Virus record (IMG/VR): IMGVR_UViG_3300020043_001414
Location: 1-30,870 of that record
DNA from: a virus
Lineage: Duplodnaviria; Caudoviricetes
Reading direction: 5' to 3' (one strand)
Length of the DNA: 30,870 nt
A program made the position numbers and the translations under genes. Position 1 is the stretch's first letter. Every line of letters begins with the position of its first letter. Positions 1 to 8,500 of this stretch are shown here, piece by piece. The notes under the pieces were generated by a model. That model did not search any database and was not told the origin of the DNA. It was given only the letters and a program-made list of their open reading frames with translations.

Positions 1-89
1 AATAACGGTTCTGTGAATTCAATTGGATGCCCTAACTTTCTCATAAGTGATTTAATAGCATCTCCATGTGTAATTTGTAGTGTAATCAT
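1..89 (-). CDS. Hypothetical protein, 5' part only (MITLQITHGDAIKSLMRKLGHPIEFTEPL...), runs off the window edge
   Basis: ATG at 89 with AAGG-like SD upstream, open to the window edge, preceded by the GTAAGTA motif at 112-118. Confidence 0.5.
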   Translation of the reverse strand, partial: MITLQITHGDAIKSLMRKLGHPIEFTEPL

Positions 90-165
90 TCTTTTATTAC
101 CTTGTTGTCTTTACTTACCTGATCTGTTTTGACAGATTATTCGTTTTTCTGTCTTAAAACTGGGA

Positions 166-385
166 TAAGTGTTACCCTACTTTTCATGGGTAACACTTAC
201 GGTAACACTTAAAACCTGCATTGTAAGTGGTTTAAATGCAGGTTTTGCTTCAAAGTGTTACTGGAAGCACGGTGTTACCCTACTTTTGCATTTTTTAATT
301 TTACAATAAAACATTTTTATTTTTTTCTATTTCTACTTGTATTATTACAGCGTAATACAAGAAAACACGGTAACACCGTGCTTCC
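166..385. repeat. Putative replication origin: GTGTTAC/GTAACAC heptamers, nested inverted repeats and an AT-rich core
   Basis: Heptamer at 169, 190, 202, 255, 272 and 370. 12-bp IRs 166-177/188-199 and 211-222/235-246. 17-bp IR 263-279/369-385 flanks the AT-rich 288-345 tract. 16-bp direct repeat 169-184/272-287. Lies immediately downstream of the helicase gene. Confidence 0.7.
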
Positions 386-395
386 TTGCTTCCTA

Positions 396-2216
396 TCAGT
401 CCTCGTCACTCTCGAACAAGTCCTCATCGTCATCAACATCGCCTTTGACGCCAAATACCAATTCATCTTCTTTAATCAAGTCTTGGCCTGCCGCAACACT
501 ACCAGTATAAGCAGTATTACTAACCAAGGTCCAATCAAAACTCTTGTCAGTCCAGGCTTTGTTTGCGGCTGGACGGATAACTGTGCATTGCTTTCTGGTG
601 CTGATGCTAGGACCGCTGGTAATGTAAATGTGGATTTTTTCATTTACAATGTCCAACTTGTATTGGCTTGCCAACTCATTAAGTCTAGTGTTAATGGTTT
701 TATCTTTGGTAATAAAGCCATCAATGTGGCGCATCAGTTCTTTGACAACAAAGAACGGCACACATCCACCGTTATTAACAACTGGCATGATTAAGTTGCG
801 GAAAATAGTGTCTAGGCTGTCCAATTGCTGATCCAAAAAGTAACGGTAATCTTCGCCGTGTAATGGCTTTAGCGTGTAATTTGTATCAACTTCTGGATGC
901 TTGGCCTGTAGGTGCTTGAACCAAGCACCAATGCACAATCTGTTTAACAAGTATTTGCTGACAATTTCTTCTGCAAAATCCTTGCTTTGCTCAACACTAA
1001 CTTCATGTCCCTTTAATGCAAAGTGATGGCGGATACTTTCCAAAAATGTAATGTTGGTACGAGTAATACTAAAACGACGATCAACACCACCTTCTTGACC
1101 TGCTGGTGTAAGTTTGAACGGCAGTTTGTTGTTGAACCAAGCACTGCTGTGCGTCTTTTCGCCTTCATACTGATCTTTGCCTTTGGGTTCAAAAATCATT
1201 GTGTCGCTACCAGCCAATTGTTTTACAACTTCTAGCGGGATTTCTTTTGAGTTTTGGTCATCAAAGAATACAATCAGTTTGCCCAACATGATAGCATTAA
1301 AGTTGCCGTTAAGTGTTTTCGAGTTGGCTTTGCCGCTTAAAATAGCAGGCAACATCAATCGCACGATAGCCTGAATGATACCTTTACCATTACCACCAAC
1401 ATGACCTACAACCACCAAGTCTGGTGTTGTCACTGCCTTTTTGTAGTTGATGATCTTGTGTAAAATCCAACGCTCAATGTGGTCTTGGTTTTCTTTTTTG
1501 CCACCACTTAAACTATACATCAACCAGTCAAAATACTCTAGACCGTTCATTGCCATTTCCTCTTTGTCCTGTGGGATTTGGATGCGATCAATAAAGTATT
1601 GTTCCATGTGCTTGATTGGCAAATACACTTTGTCTTGTTGCCACAAACTAGGATCAATACTATAGCGTTTCAATTGGAATGTGCGGTTTTTGTTATTGAA
1701 CAAATCTACAACACGATAGTCTGGCAAGTGCCATGACTTTAAATGCAATTCGTTTGCCAACAACTTAATAAACTGCTTGGCAGGCATATTGCGAACTTGC
1801 ACGTTTTGCTTTTCTGGAATACTGCTGTAATCGTCAATAAACAAAAACTCATCGTCAGCAATAATGTAAGCCACACTTGGATCATTGTCCAAGTATTGTT
1901 GTGCAACTACATTTAGTGCGGCTTGGATTTTTTCTTCGTTTTCGTCATCCCTGGTGCGACTTAAACTTTTTAAATCTATTTCGTATTCTACCAGGTTAGC
2001 CGTTAGATTTTCAATCTCTTTCAACTTGTCTGCGTAGCGTTGCTTTTTGTCTGAGACAACTTCAATGTCAAGTTTTTCGATTTTGCGTAAATCTTTATTG
2101 GCCTGTGTAATCAGTTGCTTTTGCGCGGCAATATTTTTTAAAATAGTTTCTTTTGCCGCATTTAATTGTTCTACTGGATCAGTGCCAGTTGTTTCTAAAT
2201 CGTCTATTCGTAACAT
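396..2216 (-). CDS. SF3 (D5/NrS-1-like, DUF5906-type) replicative helicase with an N-terminal coiled coil
   Basis: Walker A-like VVVGHVGGNGKG, Walker B LIVFFDD, EPKGKD segment, motif C-like WFNN, DRRF arginine finger. SD AAGGA upstream. Confidence 0.85.
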   Translation of the reverse strand: MLRIDDLETTGTDPVEQLNAAKETILKNIAAQKQLITQANKDLRKIEKLDIEVVSDKKQRYADKLKEIENLTANLVEYEIDLKSLSRTRDDENEEKIQAALNVVAQQYLDNDPSVAYIIADDEFLFIDDYSSIPEKQNVQVRNMPAKQFIKLLANELHLKSWHLPDYRVVDLFNNKNRTFQLKRYSIDPSLWQQDKVYLPIKHMEQYFIDRIQIPQDKEEMAMNGLEYFDWLMYSLSGGKKENQDHIERWILHKIINYKKAVTTPDLVVVGHVGGNGKGIIQAIVRLMLPAILSGKANSKTLNGNFNAIMLGKLIVFFDDQNSKEIPLEVVKQLAGSDTMIFEPKGKDQYEGEKTHSSAWFNNKLPFKLTPAGQEGGVDRRFSITRTNITFLESIRHHFALKGHEVSVEQSKDFAEEIVSKYLLNRLCIGAWFKHLQAKHPEVDTNYTLKPLHGEDYRYFLDQQLDSLDTIFRNLIMPVVNNGGCVPFFVVKELMRHIDGFITKDKTINTRLNELASQYKLDIVNEKIHIYITSGPSISTRKQCTVIRPAANKAWTDKSFDWTLVSNTAYTGSVAAGQDLIKEDELVFGVKGDVDDDEDLFESDED

Positions 2217-2225
2217 ATTATTTCC

Positions 2226-3158
2226 TTATTTCATTACATATTTGTTAAAGATTGCTTCGCGTTCTTGTTTCCAATTGGCTTGATCTCGTAAGCAATCCTT
2301 GCCGTGTCGTTCTTTTAGCAAGTGTATAACACTTCCCATTGTCACTGGCTTACCAACTTGACCACCATCGTTCCAAACCTTTGCGGCATCGCTTGCACTC
2401 TTTTTGCTCATCATGCCAGTTGTAACATACTGAAAGTCAGCAACTGTAAAGCCACCTGCTTTTAAACCCCAACCAACATTACGCCAAATAGGATAACTGC
2501 CCACATAAGTTTGCTTTAGCAAGTCAAGTATGCGTTGCTTTTGTGCGTCATCAAGTTGGATAGCAGGACCGTTGTAGTTTGTCATTGCGCTTGCCATTTC
2601 AGCATCTTCTGCTTCCACAATTTCAACCAGGTTTTGCACAATCGAACCAGGTAGCACCAGGTTTCTACATTCTTTTAATTGGCAGTTGATATTGCCGTAA
2701 AACAAACGCACAGGATCAACACACGCTGTATCGCCTGCTGGAAATACTTTTAACAAACCACGAATGATTTTGCGACAACGACTTGCATCTGTTTCTGGTT
2801 GCTCCAGCACAAAACAAATGCGAAATTTGTGATGATCTGGTTGGAAACTGTGCGTGGCATAAAAGCCAGCACCGTATGCTTCGTAAAACGGGTGTTGCAA
2901 TAACTCTGGTATTGTTAGTGTGTTGGGATTTTTGTTTGTATCGTTATCTACATCTACCATCAGTAGTTGTCTGCTTACAAACTCTGAGCCAATGCGATGA
3001 TCGTTTTGTAGTTCTGCACTATTGGCATAACCATCAACGGTGATTAGTTCAAACGCTTCAGCCCAATTTACATCAATATTAACCCAACCTCGTCCCATTG
3101 CCTGTAATGCATTGGGCGCAGTTGATTTACCTTGTGTATAATGAATACTAAGTTTCAT
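2226..3158 (-). CDS. Primase: AEP/prim-pol-like N-terminus plus C-terminal PriCT-2-like domain
   Basis: LMVDVD, ATHS..H.KFR and ACVDPVRLFYG motifs. C-terminal SYPIWRNVGWGLK...W...TMGSVIHL is PriCT-2-like. Start moved to ATG 3158 because of SD AAAGGA. Confidence 0.8.
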   Translation of the reverse strand: MKLSIHYTQGKSTAPNALQAMGRGWVNIDVNWAEAFELITVDGYANSAELQNDHRIGSEFVSRQLLMVDVDNDTNKNPNTLTIPELLQHPFYEAYGAGFYATHSFQPDHHKFRICFVLEQPETDASRCRKIIRGLLKVFPAGDTACVDPVRLFYGNINCQLKECRNLVLPGSIVQNLVEIVEAEDAEMASAMTNYNGPAIQLDDAQKQRILDLLKQTYVGSYPIWRNVGWGLKAGGFTVADFQYVTTGMMSKKSASDAAKVWNDGGQVGKPVTMGSVIHLLKERHGKDCLRDQANWKQEREAIFNKYVMK

Positions 3159-3334
3159 AATCTTTTCCTTTCTTATACGGACCACTTATAGGGAAAAGAC
3201 TTTCCCATTTCGACGCAGGACCACTCATTTAAGAGGCGGTAAAAACTTTCTCAGGATTTTTACACCTGAAAGCCCCAGTTAAGGGGCATCAGGTTGAGAA
3301 TTGTCGAAATGTATCAGCATTGCACTGACAACTT
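3159..3334 (-). ncRNA. Candidate structured 5' leader or cis-regulatory RNA of the primase operon
   Basis: Nested stems on the - strand: CATTTCGAC/GTCGAAATG enclosing TTCTCA/TGAGAA, ACCTGA/TCAGGT and GCCCC/GGGGC, plus GGGAAA/TTTCCC. Begins right after CTAAATA at 3335-3341. Confidence 0.45.
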
Positions 3335-3341
3335 TATTTAG
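3335..3341 (-). promoter_or_regulatory. T4-late-like promoter motif CTAAATA upstream of the primase-helicase operon
   Basis: Intergenic copy of the recurring motif, oriented toward the primase. Confidence 0.6.
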
Positions 3342-3349
3342 TCCGCATG

Positions 3350-3535
3350 TTATGGCGTGTTGTCCAAATCATACAATTTTCGCCACAAATTGGCAACAAT
3401 ACGGCTATCTCGTTTGTCCAAAACAGCCTCTCGTATGATTCTGCGTAGTCGTGTGTATTGTAATGTGGGTTGTTTGGTGTTGTTTAGGATCACTAGTTCG
3501 TGATGTAGTTGGGTTATCCAATCAGTTTTCGCCAT
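3350..3535 (-). CDS. Hypothetical protein, 61 aa
   Basis: ORF on the major strand in a small-gene region. Confidence 0.5.
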   Translation of the reverse strand: MAKTDWITQLHHELVILNNTKQPTLQYTRLRRIIREAVLDKRDSRIVANLWRKLYDLDNTP

Positions 3536-3612
3536 GCTTCGATTCCGTGTTCTTTAATATATTCGCAAATGGTTTTGCTATCTTGTATAAATTCATGTAG
3601 GCTTTTGCTCAT
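3514..3612 (-). CDS. Small hypothetical protein, 32 aa (MSKSLHEFIQDSK...), possibly leaderless
   Basis: ATG lies 5 nt after ATAAGTA at 3618-3624. Overlaps the next ORF by 22 nt. Confidence 0.4.
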   Translation of the reverse strand: MSKSLHEFIQDSKTICEYIKEHGIEAWRKLIG

Positions 3613-3617
3613 GCAAA

Positions 3618-3694
3618 TACTTATGACCTCACAAAAACGCATTTTGCCAAACGCACGACTTTTGGTTTCTGCGTGATTACTCAAGTCATAAGTA
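3618..3694. promoter_or_regulatory. Divergent promoter pair, both reading GTCATAAGTA
   Basis: Identical 10-mer at 3618-3627 (-) and 3685-3694 (+), each pointing to an ORF. Confidence 0.6.
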
Positions 3695-3730
3695 AATGCA
3701 CAACAACAATGTTGCACAAAGGAAAAGATT

Positions 3731-3937
3731 ATGGGAAAGCAAAGAATTGAAGTTTATGTATCGTTTGAAATTGATTTTGACGACACTGCCGCAGACGATG
3801 ATGAAATCCTCACACAAAACGAAAATCGTGTGCGAGCCGCATTTAGTGATGCTTGCGATGTGCTGGACGCTGACGCAGTTGGCACTACTATTACAACTAC
3901 CAGTTTGGTCATCAACGGCGAAACTTGGGATGTATAA
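3731..3937 (+). CDS. Small acidic hypothetical protein, 68 aa
   Basis: SD AAAGGA, upstream ATAAGTA motif, 16 D/E versus 4 K/R. Confidence 0.7.
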   Translation: MGKQRIEVYVSFEIDFDDTAADDDEILTQNENRVRAAFSDACDVLDADAVGTTITTTSLVINGETWDV

Positions 3938-3940
3938 ATA
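3933..3940 (+). promoter_or_regulatory. Perfect T4 late promoter consensus TATAAATA
   Basis: Exact 8-mer overlapping the stop codon of 3731..3937, followed by an ORF-less structured region. Confidence 0.6.
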
Positions 3941-3945
3941 AAGTT

Positions 3946-4044
3946 ATAAAACAAACGGTTCTTTTATGTAATAGCATTTGGGTTCCTCCCCGTTTGTTTT
4001 TAGCCCTGAGGTTTTTATTAGGCCATTTTCCTCAGGGCTTTTTT
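3946..4044 (+). ncRNA. Candidate two-hairpin small RNA ending in an intrinsic terminator
   Basis: Stem 1 is 3948-3958/3990-4000 (11 bp, 31-nt loop). Stem 2 is 4002-4011/4030-4039 (10 bp, 18-nt loop) followed by a T-run. Promoter motif directly upstream. Confidence 0.55.
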
Positions 4045-4321
4045 ACGGCAGTATGCGAAGTGGTTGCATAACTGCCACACTAAATGCATCAGTGTTGTGA
4101 GCCTCATTCAACCTGCGTGCCAATGCAATAGCATGTCCTGGTTCTGGGAACATGCTTTTATTATACTTGTAACCTTGATAAAGTGCCGCAGGATTTATAC
4201 TGCGTAACTTCACAGGTCTGCCATTAAACAGCACAGCATATACAGCATCTGCTTCACACACTTCGATCATACGATCACCTTGTGCATGCGAGCAGATCAA
4301 GGTTGGTTGGGGTCTTGACAT
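4043..4321 (-). CDS. Conserved phage hypothetical protein, 92 aa (MSRPQP...PGHAIALARRLN)
   Basis: Clean ORF coupled to the upstream gene. From memory it resembles a family seen in large aquatic T4-like phages (not verified). Confidence 0.75.
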   Translation of the reverse strand: MSRPQPTLICSHAQGDRMIEVCEADAVYAVLFNGRPVKLRSINPAALYQGYKYNKSMFPEPGHAIALARRLNEAHNTDAFSVAVMQPLRILP

Positions 4322-5025
4322 TTAATGTTTCCAAATTTTTTGTATAGGTAAGCAGGCGTTGTGTTAAACTGTATGGCAATTTCTTTAACAGGAACACCAG
4401 CCCGTTTTGCGGCCACAATAGCATCAACATCTAAGTGTGGCTTACGAGCACCCAACACCACACCGTTGCGCCACTTTTTAGCAACATACGCAATGTTTGG
4501 TTCTGGGAATCCCAACTGCTTGCCAATCTCTGTTGTAGTCTTGCCTGCATCCAACAACTTATAAACCACAGCATGGTCTAATTGGCGGCGAACTCGTAGC
4601 CCTTCAGTTGCGGCACGCATGCTTTCATTGGTTGGTCGTTTCCACCAAACATACGCCGCACCATGAGCAGTGTAAGTTTTCAACCAGTTCATAACTTCGT
4701 GCATAGGCACTGCGGCACATAACCCCAATGCTGGCACATAGTTTTTCTTGTTTGATCCTATCATTCTGTGAGCAGGAGGAATTTCAAACCAGCGAAATAA
4801 CTCGCGGTGCATACCAGTCACAGGCAAACCATAACCATCTGGTTGTTTATACCAAATGCCTGCCACACTTATCTCATGTGGTGTAATTGTTCCGTGTTGG
4901 AATGTGGTGTCATCCAGGGTTTGAGCATCAAGTGCTCGACGTAACCAGGCTCTAGGACTGCCTAGCGGCCCAGTGACACCATATTCTGTATTAGTTTTTG
5001 TATTAGTCCAAACATCTTCTTGCAT
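4297..5025 (-). CDS. Putative DNA-binding protein with two C-terminal helix-turn-helix repeats
   Basis: LLDAGKTTTEIGKQLGFPEPNIAYV and AKRAGVPVKEIAIQFNTTPAYLYK are HTH-like. ATG lies 5 nt after ATAAGTA. Confidence 0.7.
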   Translation of the reverse strand: MQEDVWTNTKTNTEYGVTGPLGSPRAWLRRALDAQTLDDTTFQHGTITPHEISVAGIWYKQPDGYGLPVTGMHRELFRWFEIPPAHRMIGSNKKNYVPALGLCAAVPMHEVMNWLKTYTAHGAAYVWWKRPTNESMRAATEGLRVRRQLDHAVVYKLLDAGKTTTEIGKQLGFPEPNIAYVAKKWRNGVVLGARKPHLDVDAIVAAKRAGVPVKEIAIQFNTTPAYLYKKFGNIKCQDPNQP

Positions 5026-5030
5026 GCACC

Positions 5031-5037
5031 TACTTAT
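5031..5037 (-). promoter_or_regulatory. Late-like promoter motif ATAAGTA flanked by TGCATGCA palindromes
   Basis: TGCATGCA at 5021-5028 and 5037-5044, ATG at 5025. Confidence 0.55.
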
Positions 5038-5057
5038 GCATGCAAAAGCACCGTGTT

Positions 5058-5345
5058 TTACTTGAGATGTGTGATTACATAACCCAGCATTGCCAACAAA
5101 CTTACAATGATTGTGGCAGTGGCAGTAATCATTACCTTGAACTTTTCATCCTTGGCATTGGTCAGCATGTTTTTAATTTCACCTGTGCTTTTGGCAGTGG
5201 CTTCTTTGAGTTCCTTAACATCTTGCGATATTGAATCCATGCGTTGTTCAATATTATCCATGCGTATCTCAATTCCTTTGTATCTCTCAGCACATAAAAT
5301 TTCGTGGGTGTTTAATCTTGCTTCCGTAGCATCAATTTGCGACAT
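5058..5345 (-). CDS. Coiled-coil protein with one C-terminal transmembrane helix (XhlA/holin-like)
   Basis: HEILCAERY start, heptad-rich middle, hydrophobic VMITATATIIVSLLAMLGYVI tail. Follows the tail fibre. Confidence 0.65.
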   Translation of the reverse strand: MSQIDATEARLNTHEILCAERYKGIEIRMDNIEQRMDSISQDVKELKEATAKSTGEIKNMLTNAKDEKFKVMITATATIIVSLLAMLGYVITHLK

Positions 5346-5494
5346 CTCTCTTGTTCCTTTTGTATAATTTCTCGCATTTCTTCTTCACGCATCTCTCTTA
5401 TTATGCGCTTTACTGCTGCCTTGATACGCAATGATTTAGCATCACTAACAATATCGCCTCTTGCAATCTGACTTATCATTTTTTCTGTTAGCAT
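5312..5494 (-). CDS. Small hypothetical protein, 60 aa (MLTEKMISQ...)
   Basis: ATG at 5494 with GGAG SD. Confidence 0.55.
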   Translation of the reverse strand: MLTEKMISQIARGDIVSDAKSLRIKAAVKRIIREMREEEMREIIQKEQERCRKLMLRKQD

Positions 5495-5515
5495 CTGCGA
5501 CTCCAAATAACCAAC

Positions 5516-5539
5516 AGAATAGCCCTACTGGGCTATTCT
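5516..5539 (-). terminator. Hairpin directly after the tail fibre stop, weak U-tail
   Basis: AGAATAGCCC-4 nt-GGGCTATTCT, perfect 10-bp stem. Confidence 0.55.
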
Positions 5540-8500
5540 TTATGCACCTACTGGTGTTAATGTAGTGATGACTGATGCTGTGCTTGGTGCAAATGCTGTA
5601 GCCGCATAGAACGGGAATGTGATGTTTAAATCTTCAACAGCATACGCAATTTCCCAATAATCAGTAGTGTTGGCACTTGTAACCAAGTAGTTCCAACCAC
5701 TAATAGTTCCTACACTCTTAGCCACTGTAACACGACCTGTTGATCCAACAACATCTACACCATTTTTACGCAACCAAATGTAAGCAACATGGTCCTGACC
5801 AGTATCAGCGTTATTAACTTGAACACTGAACTGCAAGTTGTATCTACCAGCGGCACCTGCAATCAATCTGCTTGTGCTACCAACTGTGGCAATGTTGTTT
5901 GTTGCCGCTGTGCCCAACGGGAACACTGCGGCTGTGTTAATTGCGGCTGGTGTAATAGTTGTGTTGTATTCAAACTGACCAAAAACACGGTTGTAGTTAA
6001 TGTTATTGCCAGTTACGCCAACGCCAGTGTTACCATAGGCACCAGTGTTAAATGTAAAACTGTTGCTACGGAATGTAGCAGCCGCAGGACTGATATCTAC
6101 AATTTCCAAACGGTTTTGTAAGTTGGCAGGAGTAGCCAATGGAAACGCACGAATTCTAAATGCCGCGCCCATGTAAGCAGTTAAACAACTGAATGTCTGA
6201 GCACCAGCAACAGTAGGCGCAACAGTGTGCGGAACACCCAAACTAAATGTTGCTGTAGTTGGTGTGCCCCAAACTGGGTATGTGCCATCAGTGACGTTGG
6301 TGATACCAGTAACTGTAACTAAAGCACCACGACCAAACGGAACGTTAGTCAAACCAGTTGTAGTAAATGATATACTGCATCGTATTAGTGTCAAACCAGT
6401 TAATGTGCCAGCAGTAGTTGTAATTGGGCTACCACCAGGAGTTGCACTTAGAGTGGCAAAACTGTTGGTTCCGTTGTTGCTATACACAATCATGTAGTAA
6501 GTCTGACCACTTACAATACCCGTAGCAGTGCCAGTTAGTGTGCCTGTAACACGAACAGCCTGACCAACAGCGCCACTTGTGCCTGAATATTGAATTTGAC
6601 CCTTGGTGCCAACTACAGTAGGAGTGCCCATTGTAGCACGGAAACTTGAAGCAATCGCAGTCACATTGGTTGAGTTTAGTGTTAAAGTAGAATCACTAAA
6701 GTTTTCCGCCGCATAACTTTGAACTTGCATTGTTTGCAAGGCATTGATACCACCACCTTGATATTGTGTTGCAAGGTCGTTAGCAAAGCCAGTGGTTGCA
6801 TAACCAGAGAAGTTTTGTGTGCCCATAACGTTGCCAGTGCCAATAGCACTTGGAGCAACACTAGTTAAACCAGTAAATGGGATTGTATCGCCAGTTGAAC
6901 TGTTACCGTTGGCATTACGGAATGTAAAACCAGGAGCAGTTGCAGTTCCAGCAAGTGTGTCACCGTAATAGTGCGTGTAACTCATAGAAGCACCATAACC
7001 GTTTGTGCCTGCTGGGAAACTTGAAGCCGCACTGTAGCCGTTGTTGTCTGTAACTGTGTTTAGTGTTTGTGGCGGGAACACATAGTTCAAGTTTGTGCTG
7101 GCTTGCATTTCACCTTGTAGGCGAGTATTTTCACTTAGAACAATGGCACCAGTGCCATTTGCGGCAAGAACCAAATCACCGTTTGTGTTTGTAGTAGTAA
7201 TTGTATTGTCTGTTGCAACACCAACAGAGATGTTACCAGCACTAATGCCAGCAAAACTTGGGCTATCACCTGTGCCAACACTTTGTCCAATTGCAACTGA
7301 GATTTCGTTTGCACTTGTTTGTGTTACACTTACACCTGTGCCTTGAGCAATCTTAACTGTGTCAGTGCTTGCGTCTGAACCAACAAGGTTCAAGTTTGCA
7401 CCACCAGTTGTAGAACTTGCATCAATGGTGTAAGTTGTGTTTGTATCAACGGCGTTGATAGTCATTGTGTTTGCATCAGTGGCAACCACTGTTACATTAG
7501 TGCCACCAGCAAACTTAACGCTATCAGTTGTAGCATCACTACCAACAAGGTTCAAGTTAGCACCACCTGTTGTAGAACTTACATCTTGAGTATATGTTGT
7601 GTTTGTATCTGTGCTGGAAATTGTAATTTCATTTGCACTTGTTTGTGATACGGTTGTAGCACCACTGCCACTGAATTTAACAGTGTCAGTAGTAGCATCG
7701 CTACCTACCAAGTTCAAGTTCGCACCACCTGTTGTAGCACTTGCGTCTTGAGTGTAAGTTACCACAGTTGGCAACACACTATTGACATAACCAACAGTTG
7801 TCAGGTCATCAGTGTTAAACGGACCAAACGGATTGATAGTTGCGTAAGTGCCTCCCAATGGGGCTGTATTAACGAAACTTACACCACCGTTGGCATTGAC
7901 AGTGCCAGTTGTAAGGCTGTTGGTTGTTACACCGTTGAACTGCACATTGTCTGTTGTGCCAACTGCTTGACCAATTGCAACAGTGGCTGTGTTGGCATCT
8001 GTGTAACTTACGGTCACACCTGTGCCATCAGCAAATTTAACTGTGTCAGTTGTTGAATCACTACCAACCAAGTTTAAGTTGGTGCCACCAGTTGTGCTAC
8101 TGAAGTTTTGAGTATATGTTGTATTTGTGTCTGGCGCATTGATTGTAATTGTGTTGGCATCTGTAGCCACTACAGTCACATTGGTGCCACCAGCAAATTT
8201 GATGGTATCTGTAGTCGCGTCTGATCCTACCAAGTTTAAATTGGCACCACCAGTTGTAGCACTAGAATCAATTGTGTAAGTTATATTGGCAGGAAGTGCA
8301 TCAACATAAGCCTTGGTTGTTAGGTCTAACGGATTTGTAGGTCCGCTTGGATTTACAGTTGCGTAGGTTGTGATGTTATCAACAAATGAAACTACAGTTC
8401 CACTTGCACCTAGAACACCTGCTGTATATTTGCCTGTTTGAATACGCAAGTCTGTGGTTGCGGCACCACGAGCACTGATGTTAATAAACTTGCCGTTGTC

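Noticed and set aside
129-160. Sigma70 promoter starting at TTGACA (129-134)
   Set aside because: No acceptable -10 hexamer at 16-18 bp spacing and no credible downstream gene
255-794. 179-aa + strand ORF
   Set aside because: Runs through the repeat/AT-rich origin and antisense to the helicase, with no SD and an implausible composition
3200-3300. Hammerhead ribozyme in the primase leader (CTGATG...GAAA)
   Set aside because: The core reads CUGAUGC rather than CUGANGA and the stems do not give the three-way junction
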